A model generated the notes under the pieces. It had not been told where the DNA came from and did not search any database. It saw nothing but the letters and a program-made list of their open reading frames with translations. From Octopus vulgaris (Eukaryota), in the NCBI GenBank assembly GCA_951406725.2, contig OX597819.1:101742001-101806000 (forward strand): a DNA stretch of 64,000 nt, read 5' to 3'. Position 1 is the stretch's first letter. Each line of letters starts with the position of its first letter. Positions 41,246 through 54,613 of the stretch are shown piece after piece. Both the position numbers and the translations under genes were made by a program.

Positions 41246-41799
41246 AAGGCGCGCGCACACACGCGCTTGCGCCGGTTCGCGCACGCATACGCGCATGCAT
41301 GCACCTCGCTCTTGGACCCGACGAGACCTCCCGCTCGTTTCTGGGGCCATCGCCTGTCGTTGGGTTCTCCCACGCCCGTCTCCACGGGACCACTCTTCCA
41401 TCTTCCCTTCAGCTGGACTCCTTTTTCCTTATAACCCCCCCTTTTTTGTTACACACGCGCGCACACATACATACACCCACTCACACACACACATTGCTTA
41501 AATATATACATTACTCTTACACACACTTCAAATCTACTCGCCATTAATACAACTACGACACTGGACACACACACACTACTACTCAACACACACGCAGGCA
41601 CGTTACATACGCCCCCACCCCTTCCCCTCCCTCCCTTCCTCCTTCCTTCATTTTCTTACTACTGACCACTGTCTGCTGCCTACTACTGTTCGCCCTACCT
41701 CACACGCCTACACACAGACGCACACACTAACATATACATATATTTTTTGTTTTTTTATCTCGCCTCACACACATACACACACGCACACACTCACACATA

Positions 41800-42112
41800 C
41801 ACACACATCTGTTGCGTTACCAACCCTGTCTCCACTCTTTTGGCTTTAAAAAACTACTTTGCTCTTGTTATCGTAAACTTCCGCCTTTCACCATGTGTAC
41901 TTCGTAAACACCAGTCGTTTTTTTTTCTCCTCTTGTTGCCCACTTTGGGATCTTTCTTTCCTCTCTCTTCCTTCTTTATGTTTCCGACGAAGAGCTCCGC
42001 TCGAAACGTCATACCTTCCTGCTTCCATCTTTCCTGAGCGCCTATTAATAATAATACTGTAATTGTTCCACGTGTTGTTGTTTTTTCTGTTTTCCCGTTT
42101 GGATTAAAATTA
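41800..42112 (+). mobile_element. Family H1 element with hammerhead-like motif
   Basis: CCGACGA-AGAGC-UCC-GCUC-GAAACGUC at 41984-42010; ends in (TA)n. Confidence 0.6.
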
Positions 42113-42132
42113 TATATATATATATATATATA

Positions 42133-42415
42133 TCAGATGAGACCCAAAAGTGTCAGGTAATGCTGAATAAGTGCTATAGACAGAACGTAGTTAAGTTCCA
42201 GATTCGCTAATATTGCGAATAAAGGGTTCAACGTTGGTTTTATGTCAGCGTGTGTATATATGAATTTTTTGCGTAATGAGATAAAAAACAACAACTAAGG
42301 CTGTATAGATATTAGAGCACTTATAGATAGAAGGTCTTACAGCTGTAAGACCTATCTATAAATGCTCTAATATCTATACAGCATTGTTTTTTTCTTCATC
42401 TCATTACGCAAAAAA
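42133..42415. repeat. Block duplicated at 43583-43867, containing a fold-back of family H2
   Basis: TCAGATGAGACCCAAAAGTG... is near-identical in both copies; palindrome centred on CTTACAG|CTGTAAG. Confidence 0.9.
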
Positions 42416-42432
42416 CACATTCACACACACAC

Positions 42433-42545
<113 letters not shown>

Positions 42546-42644
42546 CCTATATATATATATATATACATACATATACATGTGTGCAAACATACATACATAC
42601 TCATACACACTCACACACTTACATATACATATATACACACACTT

Positions 42645-42692
<48 letters not shown>

Positions 42693-42996
42693 ATATATAT
42701 ATATATACATATATATACACACATATATATACACACATACACATATGTACACATACACACACATATTCACATATATATATATATATACATATACACACAT
42801 ATATACATATATACATATATGTATATGTATATATGATTTTATAGGGACTTGTGTGTTGTGTGTGCATGTGTGTATGTGGATATATGTGTGTGTATGTGTG
42901 TATGTGTATGTGTGTGTATGTATATATTTTTTTTTGTGTGTATGTGTATGTGTATATATACATGTGTGTGTGTATATGTATATGCATGTATATGTG

Positions 42997-43034
<38 letters not shown>

Positions 43035-43380
43035 GATATATGTATGTGTGTGAATGTGTGTATATATATATATATATAAATATGGGTGTGTGTGTATGTA
43101 TGTGTGTATGTATATGTGTGTGTGTGTGTATATATGTATACATATGTGTATAGGTATAAGTGAGACTTTCCTTATTTACCTAAAACTCTATTCTTCTATA
43201 TATTTTTTTATTCTCCTTTTTTTATTCTTTTAGTTATTCTTCTATCTAATTTACCACTGACTCCTTGACCACTCCCCCAAGTATGATTTTTTTGCGCTAT
43301 GCCTACCCCCAAAAAGTCCCCCACCACCACCCCTTTAAACCTGCCTAAATGTATAAATGCCAATACAATTCTTGTTAACT

Positions 43381-43431
43381 AGCTTCCTGAAGATTTCTCT
43401 TGAATGAAACAGTTCTAGTCCTGTAGAAGCT
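43381..43431 (+). ncRNA. Minimal type I hammerhead ribozyme candidate (family H5)
   Basis: AGCUUC-CUGAAGA-U-UUC(UCUU)GAA-U-GAAACAG(UUCUAGUC)CUGUA-GAAGCU: 6-bp stem I, 4-bp stem III, GUA triplet. Confidence 0.75.
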
Positions 43432-43514
43432 CCTTCTATATAATAAATTAATTTTACTCTGCTATGTATTGAGTACCTTATTTACTGTGGTTAACCCCGA
43501 ATCAACCCGGGACC

Positions 43515-43582
<68 letters not shown>

Positions 43583-43583
<1 letters not shown>

Positions 43584-43865
43584 CAGATGAGACCCAAAAG
43601 TGTCAGGTAATGCTGAATAAGTGCTATAGACAGAACGTAGTTAAGTTCCAGATTCGCTAATATTGCGAATAAAGGGTCCAACGTTGGTTTTATGTCAGCG
43701 TGTATATATATGAATTTTTTTGTAATGAGATAAAAAACAACAACAACTAAGGCTGTATACATATTAGAGCATTTATAGATAGAAGGTCTTACAGCTGTAA
43801 GACCTATCTATAAATGCTCTAATATCTATACAGCATTGTTTTTTCATCTCATTACGCAAAAAATT

Positions 43866-43867
<2 letters not shown>
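43583..43867. repeat. Second copy of the 42133-42415 block
   Basis: Near-identical sequence; palindrome axis at 43794/43795. Confidence 0.9.
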
Positions 43868-43937
<70 letters not shown>

Positions 43938-44019
43938 GGTCCCGGGTTGAGTCGGGGTTAACCACAGTAAATAAGGTACTCAATACATAGCAGAGTAAAT
44001 TAATTTATTTTATAGAAGG

Positions 44020-44070
44020 AGCTTCTACAGGACTAGAACTGTTTCATTCAAAAGAAATCACCAGGAAGCT
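44020..44070 (-). ncRNA. Family H5 hammerhead copy with core mutation (CUGGUGA)
   Basis: Reverse complement of 44067-44117 except A6 to G. Confidence 0.6.
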
Positions 44071-44117
44071 TCCTGATGATTTCTTTTGAATGAAACAGTT
44101 CTAGTCCTGTAGAAGCT
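44067..44117 (+). ncRNA. Family H5 hammerhead copy with canonical CUGAUGA core
   Basis: AGCUUC-CUGAUGA-UUUC(UUUU)GAAU-GAAACAG...CUGUA-GAAGCU. Confidence 0.75.
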
Positions 44118-44127
44118 CCTTCTATAA

Positions 44128-44184
<57 letters not shown>

Positions 44185-44345
44185 ACCGATGCGCGTACAT
44201 AGTCAACGACTATTGAAAATGCTGCAAGACGCAACGAACATTTTAGAAAAAAAAGAACTAAATGAGTGGAAATCGAGACGGTGAGTGTGTTAAGTAATAA
44301 GGCACTGAAAGAGAATGACTCATCAGTCACAATAATATATAGTTT

Positions 44346-44388
<43 letters not shown>

Positions 44389-44654
44389 GTATATATATAT
44401 AGGGAGAGAGAGAAAGAGAGAGAGAGAGATACATACATACATACATACATACATACATACATACATACATACATACATACATAGGCGATACAAACATTAA
44501 AGGATCTAGAGGAACACCTTCCAGCATTACCTCTGTTTCTCCGAAACATCCGTTGAAATTTCACTGACGTCATTTTTTCTTTCATACAATCTGGGTCGAT
44601 AAATAATCACGTGTGTTGGGTCGATTCTGTTTTTTAATTCCCTTTCTTGTCTTA

Positions 44655-44709
<55 letters not shown>

Positions 44710-45274
44710 CCCTTCCTCATGTTATTATTCTATTCTTTTTTATACTCTGTTGTTATTCTGTTCTGTAATTATTCTTTTATTTTACGATGTACTTGTCTAA
44801 GAAGTGATTTTATCTGAGGGCCTGCGTCGAAACTAAAGCAACTACATCGTAGAACATACGTTGCGGTGGAACTGTGTTAGTGACCAGGTAGCACCTAATG
44901 CGACGAGAATTTTGACACCAAAAAATAACTGTTTAATTCAAGTTGTTTTCTCTGTTTATGTATGGTTGGCATGTGTCTTCCACGCTATTATTGATTCTAT
45001 TTCACCATTATTCAAACTTAGCATTTTAAATCGATCATAATGTAATTTATCGTTTAATCATATTTTCCCTTGTGTCAGCAAGGAAGGGAGCTGAGCTGCA
45101 AAGCCGTCCGGAGGAAAACCCCGAAGCGATGCGCCTTCTCTCTTGTTGACTCATGAAAAGTAGTGGCGTCTGGTATATTTTACCTTATATTTCACTTGTC
45201 TCAGACTGTGGTCATGCTGGGGCGCTGCCTTGAATGGTTTAGTCGAACAAGTCGACCTCAGTGCTTATTTTTGA

Positions 45275-45490
45275 CACCCGGAACTGGAAGCACTCAAAAT
45301 TAGTCTTGTGGAACCCATTTCATGGTGACCTAAGAAGAGGAAAATGTCGTGACTCTCACATCAATAATTTGATTGCAGACACTGGCCTGGAATGTATCCG
45401 GGACCTCGAGGCAGTGATGTTGGTCTGAGAAGTGCTGCGGGTGGACTTTGTTGCTGCGATCCAGGTTAGAAATCCGCCATGATAATAATG
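45275..45490 (+). mobile_element. RTE-like LINE 3' fragment nested in a SINE A copy (45185-45805, -)
   Basis: Translates PELEALKISLVEPIHGDLRRGKCRDSHINNLIADTGLE...DLEAVM, resembling the RTE C-terminal pattern WEPxHGxRxRGRP...DTGL. Confidence 0.6.
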
Positions 45491-45834
45491 CTTAGGTTTT
45501 TAAGCCAGGTAGTAATTCTAACGATATCTTTCACTGAACCGCTTAGTTATGGAGATATAATCAAACGAAAACCGGTTGTCAAGTAATGGTGGGGGGAGAA
45601 GCAGAAAGATACCCACATGCAGACAAGACATACACATAGACACAAACATACACACAAACACACACAAACTCACCCAGTTGTGCGTATACGTCGGGCTTCT
45701 TTCAGTTTCCGACTATAAAATCCACTTACATGGCGTTAGTTGGCTCGGGGCTTTAGTAGAAAACACTTGGTGGTAGGATTGGGATTGAACCCAAAACTAC
45801 GTGGTTTCAATGAGAACAAGCAATTGCATGATGT

Positions 45835-46381
45835 TTGCAGATCTCTATTTTTGTGATTTCAATTTCTAGATCTTTAAAGTGAGAAAGCTTTTCGTATTCG
45901 TTTCTTGAGACATTTTGATCTTGTGGGACAGGCATATCTATTAACAGACAAGTTCCTCTGTTGCAGTCCTTGATCACAATATCTAGTCGACTGGAGTAAA
46001 TTTTTTCTGTCAGCTTGTATCGGGAATTTCCAAAGGATGATGATGCCCTCGCCATTTGTTACATCCCCTGGATGGTGCCTGTACCACTTATCACGAGATT
46101 TAATTTTGTAGTATTTACAAGCATTCCAGTGGATGTACTGCCCTAATCTATCATGTTTTATGAGGTACTCCTTTTCAGTGAAGATTGAAACATGATCAAT
46201 TATTTCTGTGAATTTTCCGCAAATTCTGCGCGAGGGGTCAGATTTATCTTTAAAGATGTTTCATGGTAGTTGCCGGTAGGTAAGCTCTGATCTTGCGCTG
46301 AAATTACAAAAACTTCTGTTTCCTCTTTTAAGACCTGTCCATTGTAACCATTGGTGTGTTAGAATTTCATCAATACCTGGC
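45835..46381 (-). pseudogene. R4/Dong-like RLE non-LTR retrotransposon fragment (zinc knuckle + restriction-like endonuclease)
   Basis: Remnants THQWL..TGLK.ETE, SAQDQSLPT, RICGKFTEIIDH, HDRLGQYIHW, RLDIVIKD...CLLIDMPVPQDQNVSRNEYEKLSHFKDLEIEI. Confidence 0.85.
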
Positions 46382-46757
<376 letters not shown>

Positions 46758-46758
<1 letters not shown>

Positions 46759-46941
46759 GGCGGTTAGCTGGTAGAGTCATGAGCACGCCGTTCTCAGTTC
46801 AAAATTCTGCAGAGGTCGACTTTGCATTTCATCCTTACGGGGCCGAAAGTACCAGTGAAACACTAGGGTGGAGGGGGGTGTCGATTTAATCGACTAGTTC
46901 CGTTAACCAAAATTTCAGGCCTTGTGCCTATAGTAGAAAGG

Positions 46942-46945
<4 letters not shown>
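46758..46945 (+). mobile_element. SINE family B copy (tail B1) within (TTA)n
   Basis: GGCGGTTAGCTGGTAGAG...GAGGTCGACTTTGC...AATTTCAGGCCTTGTGCCTATAGTAGAAAGG. Confidence 0.75.
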
Positions 46946-46977
<32 letters not shown>

Positions 46978-47994
46978 ACCTTATAACTTTTTTTTCTTTG
47001 AGCGATTAAAAATGAGTAAAGGGTGGAAACTAAGAATGAGATAGAATTGTCTAAGAAAAAGACAATGTGATTGTAAGTGGAAAGAGAGTGACTATGTGGG
47101 CGTGGGGGGAGGGTCAGAGAGAAAGAGAGAGCAAGAGAGAGAGATACAGCTGTGTCAATAAAAAGGTAATCTGATCACCCAGAGCATCTTTACTTAGTTT
47201 CTACTTCCTTACTAAAATCTTCAACAACTCCATCCTTAACAGAAACAACAATCCGCCGCTTCCTTCTCCCCAAACTTTCTCTTTCTAATAATCATCAGAC
47301 CTATCGTCCCAATTCTTCAAATGCGTACACACGCACACACACATACGTGCACATACATGCATACATATATACGTTCATATACATATACATATAAGCGCAC
47401 ATACATATGCATATATGTGAACACGCTCACACACACATATATATATATACATATTCAAGCACATGTACAAATTCATACTTATATATTCTTATATACCTAC
47501 ATATATAAACTATAGCTCATAGGCGCACGTACATACGCAAATACAAGCAGTGAAACATAAACATAAAACGGATTCTCAAACAGACACACATACAAACAAA
47601 TACTCACATACATCCACATATAAACAACAAACTCATTCATATACAGATCACACACACACATGCATACACACATGTTAATCTTACTTATACATCCATGAAC
47701 CAGCCTCATATATTGAAATGTACAGCATACACACATTTACAGATAAACACAGACACAGAAGTACATACATTTCATATAAACAATCGTATACATACACACA
47801 AACACATACACATGCACACATATTAACAGATATATAGAGATACACATAGACACGCAAGCGCATACATATCATATAAACAATCATATGCGCACATATTTAC
47901 ACACATACCCGACTAATCAGTTAACCTTTCACGCTTTCAGATCATGCCACCTACCCGTTTCTCGTGGTTTCCAGAATATTGTATTCGCTTTGCC

Positions 47995-48244
47995 ATTGTC
48001 GTCCTCATCATCATCTCTGTCCGCCCCATCATCGTCGTCGTCGTCGTCCCCCTCCTCCTCCTCCTCCTTCTCATCATCATCATCATCATCAACGCGAGCT
48101 CTACTGCAACCGTCGTCGTCTTCGTGATCCTCCTCATCATCATTATCGTCATCATCGTCATCATCGTCATCATCATCATCATCATCGTCATCATCACCAT
48201 AAACATCATCATCATCATCGTCATCATCGTCGACATCATCATCG

Positions 48245-48277
<33 letters not shown>

Positions 48278-48390
48278 CCATCATCCCGATCATCATTATC
48301 AACATCATCAACACCACCACCACGACTGCAACTGCTGTTATAGTCGTCATTATCATCGTTATCGTTATTGTTAACATCATCATCATCAAC
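47995..48390. repeat. (CAT)n/(CGT)n microsatellite
   Basis: Directly visible. Confidence 0.9.
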
Positions 48391-48566
48391 AGAAAAAAAT
48401 TATAGTGTAGGTGAGTCGCTAAACATTTGTTTTAAATATTATAAGACAATATATAAATACTCAATCTCTTAAAATATCAATGAAACTGTTGAAAACGGAA
48501 GCATTAGACAACATCACCGCAACCACAATCACAAACATCAACAACACATGCTAAAACAAATATATA

Positions 48567-49129
48567 TATTGGGTCGCCCGGAAAGTTCGTGCCAATTTAT
48601 AGTAGCTTACCATTCGACTTATTTTAGAACATGGTTGAGTCCATAAAATAGGATTTTACTACACCTCAATTTAGAGCACATTTTAAGCTATCTTTTCGTG
48701 GAAGAATGTTTATGTTCCTATAACCTATGTTAATTCTGTAACCCTTTAAAATGGAAGATAAGAAAGTTCATTTTCGGCACTTGATGCTCTTCTTTTTCCG
48801 TAAAGGGAAAATGCCTCACAAGCAACCAAAGCAATATGCGCAGTTTACGGTGATTTTTTTTTTTATCCGAAAGAACTGTACGGAAGTGGTTCGCAAGGTT
48901 CCGACCTGGAGATTGTAGCCTTATTGATAAAGAGCGATTAGACAGACCATCCACTACAGATAATGACCAAATCAAGTCATTAATTGAGAATAACCCACAT
49001 TGCACAAGATGGAGACGCATTGTGCAACAAAATGTTTCATATTTGGTTAATTGAAAATGTAACGGCAAGTATTTATTAACCTATTTCTTCCCTTTAAAAA
49101 TCAGCACGAACTTTCCGGACAACCCAATA
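48567..49129 (+). mobile_element. Internally deleted mariner transposon
   Basis: TIRs TATTGGGTCGCCCGGAAAGTTCGTGC / GCACGAACTTTCCGGACAACCCAATA; N-terminal remnant from 48751 MEDKKVHFRHLMLFFFRKG...VRKWFARFR. Confidence 0.9.
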
Positions 49130-49905
49130 AGATAAAACGGTGAGCTAGCTGAATCGTTGGCACATCGGACAATATGCTTAGCATTTCTTCCGTCTTTACA
49201 GCCCGAGTTCCAATAGCACCAAGGTCAACCTTGTTTTTCAACATTTCAGTGGCGAAACTATAAGAACTAGTCAAGTATGGATGTCGGTGAAGTCGAGTTT
49301 CCCTTGCTGTCGAGCCCTTTTGTGTCTGTGCCAAAATTTGAAGCCAATAATTACAACTACTAATAGTTAGAATTGTTTCTGTGTGACTCCGTTTCTAACC
49401 CAATTACGGGTAAATGATTCCAATGTGATCAGAACTAGTCTCGTACAGAAATAATTGTAATTAATGATGAAGCTGTACTACACCCTCTCTTCGACTTACA
49501 ATCGAGTTCCGTTCCGACTGATCCTGTCGCATGTCGAAATTATATTTTTCAACACAATCTTCATTGAAACGCAACTGATGCTTGAAAGCGAATGAGTGAG
49601 ACACAGTGGCAGGCGGTGGATGCCTGGGTCTGAGGGAGGCCCGCGTTGCCAGATACTGCTATAATAAATTATTTTTTATTTTTTTATTTCCTTATGCTTT
49701 TGTGGTTGTAAGTAGAGATGGCCGTAATTCGCGGAAAAGGTGTATATTCATTCTTCGTCGTCTCACACGTCCTAAGAATTAAACACCGCTTTGCTCAGTA
49801 GATTTTCAATTTTCCTGTGTTGCAGTACGAGATAGTAGATGACAAGTATATCGAGTTGATTGCTGCATAGAAAATATAACAATTTTCTACCCTATCAAGA
49901 CCTAC

Positions 49906-49947
<42 letters not shown>

Positions 49948-49950
<3 letters not shown>

Positions 49951-50450
49951 GCGAGAAAATGCATGTGTAATAAACATCGATGTTTCGCCAGTTTTATAGC
50001 TTATGAGCATCGCGTACTTGTACAGGATGGAACATAACTCATTTCGCCAATCCGCGACTTATATGCATATAGCGTGCTAACTATGTGTAGGTATGCCCGG
50101 ACACTGCATACGTAAGTATAAGTTCAAACGTGAAAGAAAAGCAGCGCTATTATAATGAACATTATCAGCCACATATACTTAACGCACAAGTTAGGTGTAT
50201 TTGCCGGTAGGCTGCGATATGGCGTGGTGGAGAATATTCTCAAAAGTGCCGGATGTTGAAACAACTGGGTATGTGATATTGATTACATACAAAAATGATA
50301 AAAAACAATGTCCATCACTCCTAAATGGGATTAAAAATGAGTTACCTTGCCTGTCCATACCTTTTAGGATTTTTATGAGGCATATACGTTAAGTATGTAA
50401 CTGATAATGCTTATTATACTAGCGCTGCTTCTTTTTTATATTTGAATATA
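49948..50450 (-). mobile_element. Old PLE-like terminus with decayed hammerhead-like motif (family H6) and inverted duplication
   Basis: Minus strand 50011-49968: GAUG-CUCAUAA-GCUA(UAAAAC)UGGC-GAAACAUCGAUGUU-UAUU; 50118-50184 is inverted at 50387-50450; (TA)n flanks. Confidence 0.5.
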
Positions 50451-50466
50451 TGTCTATATATATATA

Positions 50467-50497
<31 letters not shown>

Positions 50498-51349
50498 ATG
50501 TATGTATGTATGTATGTATGTATGTATGTATGTATGTATGTATGTATGCATGTATGTATGTAACTTCCTGGCTTTGGGTAAAAGAAAATACAGGAGGATC
50601 AGTGAAAATTGGTAGACAAATTTATGTGGAAACCTCTACTAGATGTGCTTTTACAGGATTTTTTCGTGCAAAACTTCATCCGTCACCCGGTTTAACTCTG
50701 CCACCTGGTCCATTAGTTGTCTTAAATACATTCCACTCAGTTACTAAAAATTTTCGGGTCAGTTGCCCAGTTTGATGATCACTTCTACCCTTTATTTCCC
50801 GATAAATTCATAGACATATTTCTTCTCTTTCTGACTAAAACATTATAAAATAACATAATTAATAATAAAACATTATAACATAAAATAAATCAAAAATAAA
50901 TAAACGGTAAATTTAGAGAAACTATGATGGCTGTAATTCCTGTGTTTCGTTTTGGCAAGAAGAATTGCAATTGATGTTGTTGGTGGGGGTGGTGGTGTTG
51001 AGCACCAAGTCAATTTTGAATGAGCGAACTTTGACAAACGGCGTTCCAGTTTAAACCAGCCTCTATGTCTTTTTTTACTGATTTTATCCTCCAATGTAAT
51101 TATTGGGTGTGATTTAAAGGAATTTATTTGCTCTCTTTAGCGGGTCATATAATTCCAAAACGGTTCCTTTTCAGTTGTTATTATTAGATTTCATATATCA
51201 TCAATGGTATTTTAACTATGACCATCCCGTCATTTTGGATGTATTGAGGGTTACATTATTTAATGAAGATATACTCTTCTTTAATACAGACGGGCAAGAT
51301 TCATGGGAGATTGGCAACTGATTTTACTAGGTCAACCGACCGCTTACAC

Positions 51350-51660
51350 CAGTGGTTCTTAACTGGGATCCATACGACCCCTAGGGTTCCGTTTAAGATA
51401 TTTGCGGGTCTACAAAAGCAAAATAGTAAATTGGGGATCCACAAAAAGATTTTAAGAGTCCATGAGAAAAATGTTGCTTTCGACGTATTTATTGCAAGAA
51501 ATAGCCAGATTTCTTTCAAGTTACTCAAGTGGACGAGTGAATAAACAAAACAGAAGTTTTGAAAGAAGTATCTATGAAACTAGTTTTTAGGGTCAGAATA
51601 GAGAAAGGAGCCTACTAGAGAAAAATAGTAATCATGATAAAAAATGGTTGAGAACAATTG
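51350..51660. mobile_element. hAT-type MITE
   Basis: TIRs CAGTGGTTCTTAAC / GTTGAGAACAATTG; 8-bp TSD GCTTACAC (51342-51349) / GCTTAGAC (51661-51668). Confidence 0.85.
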
Positions 51661-52267
51661 GCTTAGACTCTCTCTTGAAGTTGTTGTTTTCCATCGTTTT
51701 ACAATCACTAAAGCTTAGGGTGTAAGTGGCGCTTCTGATCTCTCTGGAGATGCGTGTTACTACGTCACTCGGAACTATTATCCTTTCTTGCATTGCGAGC
51801 AGTGATTGGCCTAACAAGATACGCCTTAAAGCAGACTTCAGCCGATTCTGAGAAAAGGAAATAAAATGAAAACAAACCGCATCCAGTATTTGATTGGCAT
51901 TTCATTTTATCAGCGCCCAAAGGAAGAAGGACAAAGAAGACCGAAGAGGGTTTTGAAATCAGAGAGCAAAAAGCCGGAACAAACATCGCAAAACATTCCA
52001 TAGCGACGCTGTAAGGGATCTGCCAACTCGGCACCCTATGTCTTGGAAAATAATATTCAAATATTAAGGAAGTTTATCAGCAAGGCAAAATACCTTAGAA
52101 GACAGAAACGGGACAGTATTAGGCATGAGGATAAGTGAGAATTGTTTATTGAGCATATTGCAATGAAATATTAGTTTTAAAACTTTTGCAAGAGGCAAGC
52201 TATCGTATTCAAAACAGTAAAAATACACACATATATATTATATGTATGTGTGCGCGTGTATTATATG

Positions 52268-52329
<62 letters not shown>

Positions 52330-52359
52330 GGCACACACACTCACACACATATATAAATC

Positions 52360-52401
<42 letters not shown>

Positions 52402-52402
52402 C

Positions 52403-52455
<53 letters not shown>

Positions 52456-52865
52456 AACGTAGGCCATACGTGAGCCATATGGTGATGATACAGAGAAGGA
52501 AATTTTGATATGCCGAAAGAGAAGGGTGGAGAAAGGGAGAAAGGGAGAAAGAGAGTGGGGGAGAGCGAGTGAAGAGAAAGAAGAGCCATGATTTTGGTGG
52601 ATGCTGGAAATGGTTTGCAGATGAGGAACATGTGTTAAGTAAATTCCTCTCTCAATATGTGTGCGTACTTGAATGTGTCTGTATGTGTGTGTGTATGAGC
52701 GTGTGTGCATGTGTGAGAGTATATATTTATTTATTTAGAGTGGCAAAGCACAAAAAAAGAAAGAGCGAGATGAAATATGTATGTAGTAGTGTATACTTAT
52801 ATATTATATATATACTTACACAGACATATGTATAACCATTTAAAAATACATATAAGATTCTTCTG

Positions 52866-52959
<94 letters not shown>

Positions 52960-54578
52960 TATCAATATATATATACGCGCACGCACACTCATCTATGTAT
53001 ATATGTGTCTGTGTGTGTATGGGTGCGTGGTAATGTGTGTATATTTGCTAGTATATACATAATCAGTCACATCTGTATTCCTTCCACCTCCATATTTGAG
53101 GTAAAACAACAGGTTCGACTTATTATATACAGATTTCTCAGTGAGCTGACAACAACTAGAACTACAAAAATAATAGCTTTATAATTAATTAACAACGTCG
53201 TTTCATGTTCTGTGTTTTTTTTCACTTGTTTTAATTTTTGTAGATTTATTTTTTTATTATTATTCTAGTTATGTTTTCCGTTTCGTTCTTTCGTTGTGTC
53301 TCTATGTTTTCTTTTTCTTTTGCCATTTTCAAGAAAATGAACAGGCTGTAAAATCTAGTAATATGGATCTATTGTTTATAAACTACGATATCTACTGTGT
53401 GTGTGTGTACGTGTGTGTGAATCTCTGTGTCCCTGTCTGTCTTTTTCGTTCTCTGTATGCGTATATATTTACACACATACACACTCAAACCTACAAAATC
53501 CACAGTTTTTTGTATATATGTTTGTATGTGAAGATATGTTTGCGCGCGTGTGTGTGTATATGTACGTAAGGATATACATTATATCAGCATATATATGCAT
53601 ATATATCAAATACGTATACATCAACACATAACTAGCTATGTACGTTTATTTGCTGTCACGCTAAACGCATAACAATGAAATAGAACGCTGTAAAAGAGCA
53701 AATAAAGAGTGAGTGAGAAACAATTGGTTAAGTAAAATGTAAGTGAGTATAAAGATGAGGTGTTTATTTGTAATACATGGCCGAAGTAACAAACGAGAAA
53801 TTGTGTACAAGTTGAGGAGCATTCTTAAAAACGGACGTAGGTGTAGGTATCGTTTATAGACATTAGAGTTGTATGGTAATTTATATGATTCAACATGAGT
53901 TGGTACCCTTAGATTTAAATACATGCACACAGGAATACGCACATATAGGTGAAAAGCGCAAGATATTTCGATATTTGTCAACATATTTGAATTATATACT
54001 CTTAACTCGTTTATTCTGGCAAGAAATATTGAAATAAACTGAATAGTGACATACATACATACATACATACATACATTCATACATACATACATACATACAT
54101 ACATACAACCTTTGAGTTATTTGAACTGGTTATTTTCATTCTGAATACAAATACCGTTGGAGTCAGTAAAATCAAGTACAACTCAAGTGCCATGGGCCAG
54201 TGGGATATACCTCCCTCCTATCAAAATAACGAGCTTTGTACCTAAATTAGAAACTGTTATTTAGGTATGGCGAGTTCGAATTTTGCTTTCGTCATTTCGA
54301 GATAAATAACATTCGATGACAATCAAGGAGTGGAGTACAGCCAATTGACTAAATTGTTTTGACTATTCCACCTTATAATCTGTGTTCTAGTCTCTGTGTT
54401 AAACATGAAAAAATGAATATCAACTGTTTCACTCACACTCAGACTCCACTCCATCAATGATAAAATACAGTACCAGTCACTTACTGGGGTCGATGGCATT
54501 GACTAAAGACTTTTCCTAAAATTGCGGGTCATCAGCAAAAATTTGAAAAATAAAAATAATAATAATAATAATAATAAA

Positions 54579-54613
<35 letters not shown>

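Noticed and set aside
40336-41501. Long His/Thr/Tyr-rich ORFs (250-364 aa) and similar YI/VC/poly-residue ORFs throughout
   Set aside because: Translations of microsatellites, open in several frames, with no domain signal.
44300-44332. CTGATGAGTC on the minus strand
   Set aside because: No closing stem II or GAAA, so not a hammerhead.
44810-44845. CTGAGGG...GTCGAAAC hammerhead-like look
   Set aside because: Core is non-canonical and the stems do not pair.
49572-49595. CTGATGCTTGAAAGCGAA
   Set aside because: Incomplete core with no stem I or III; likely chance.
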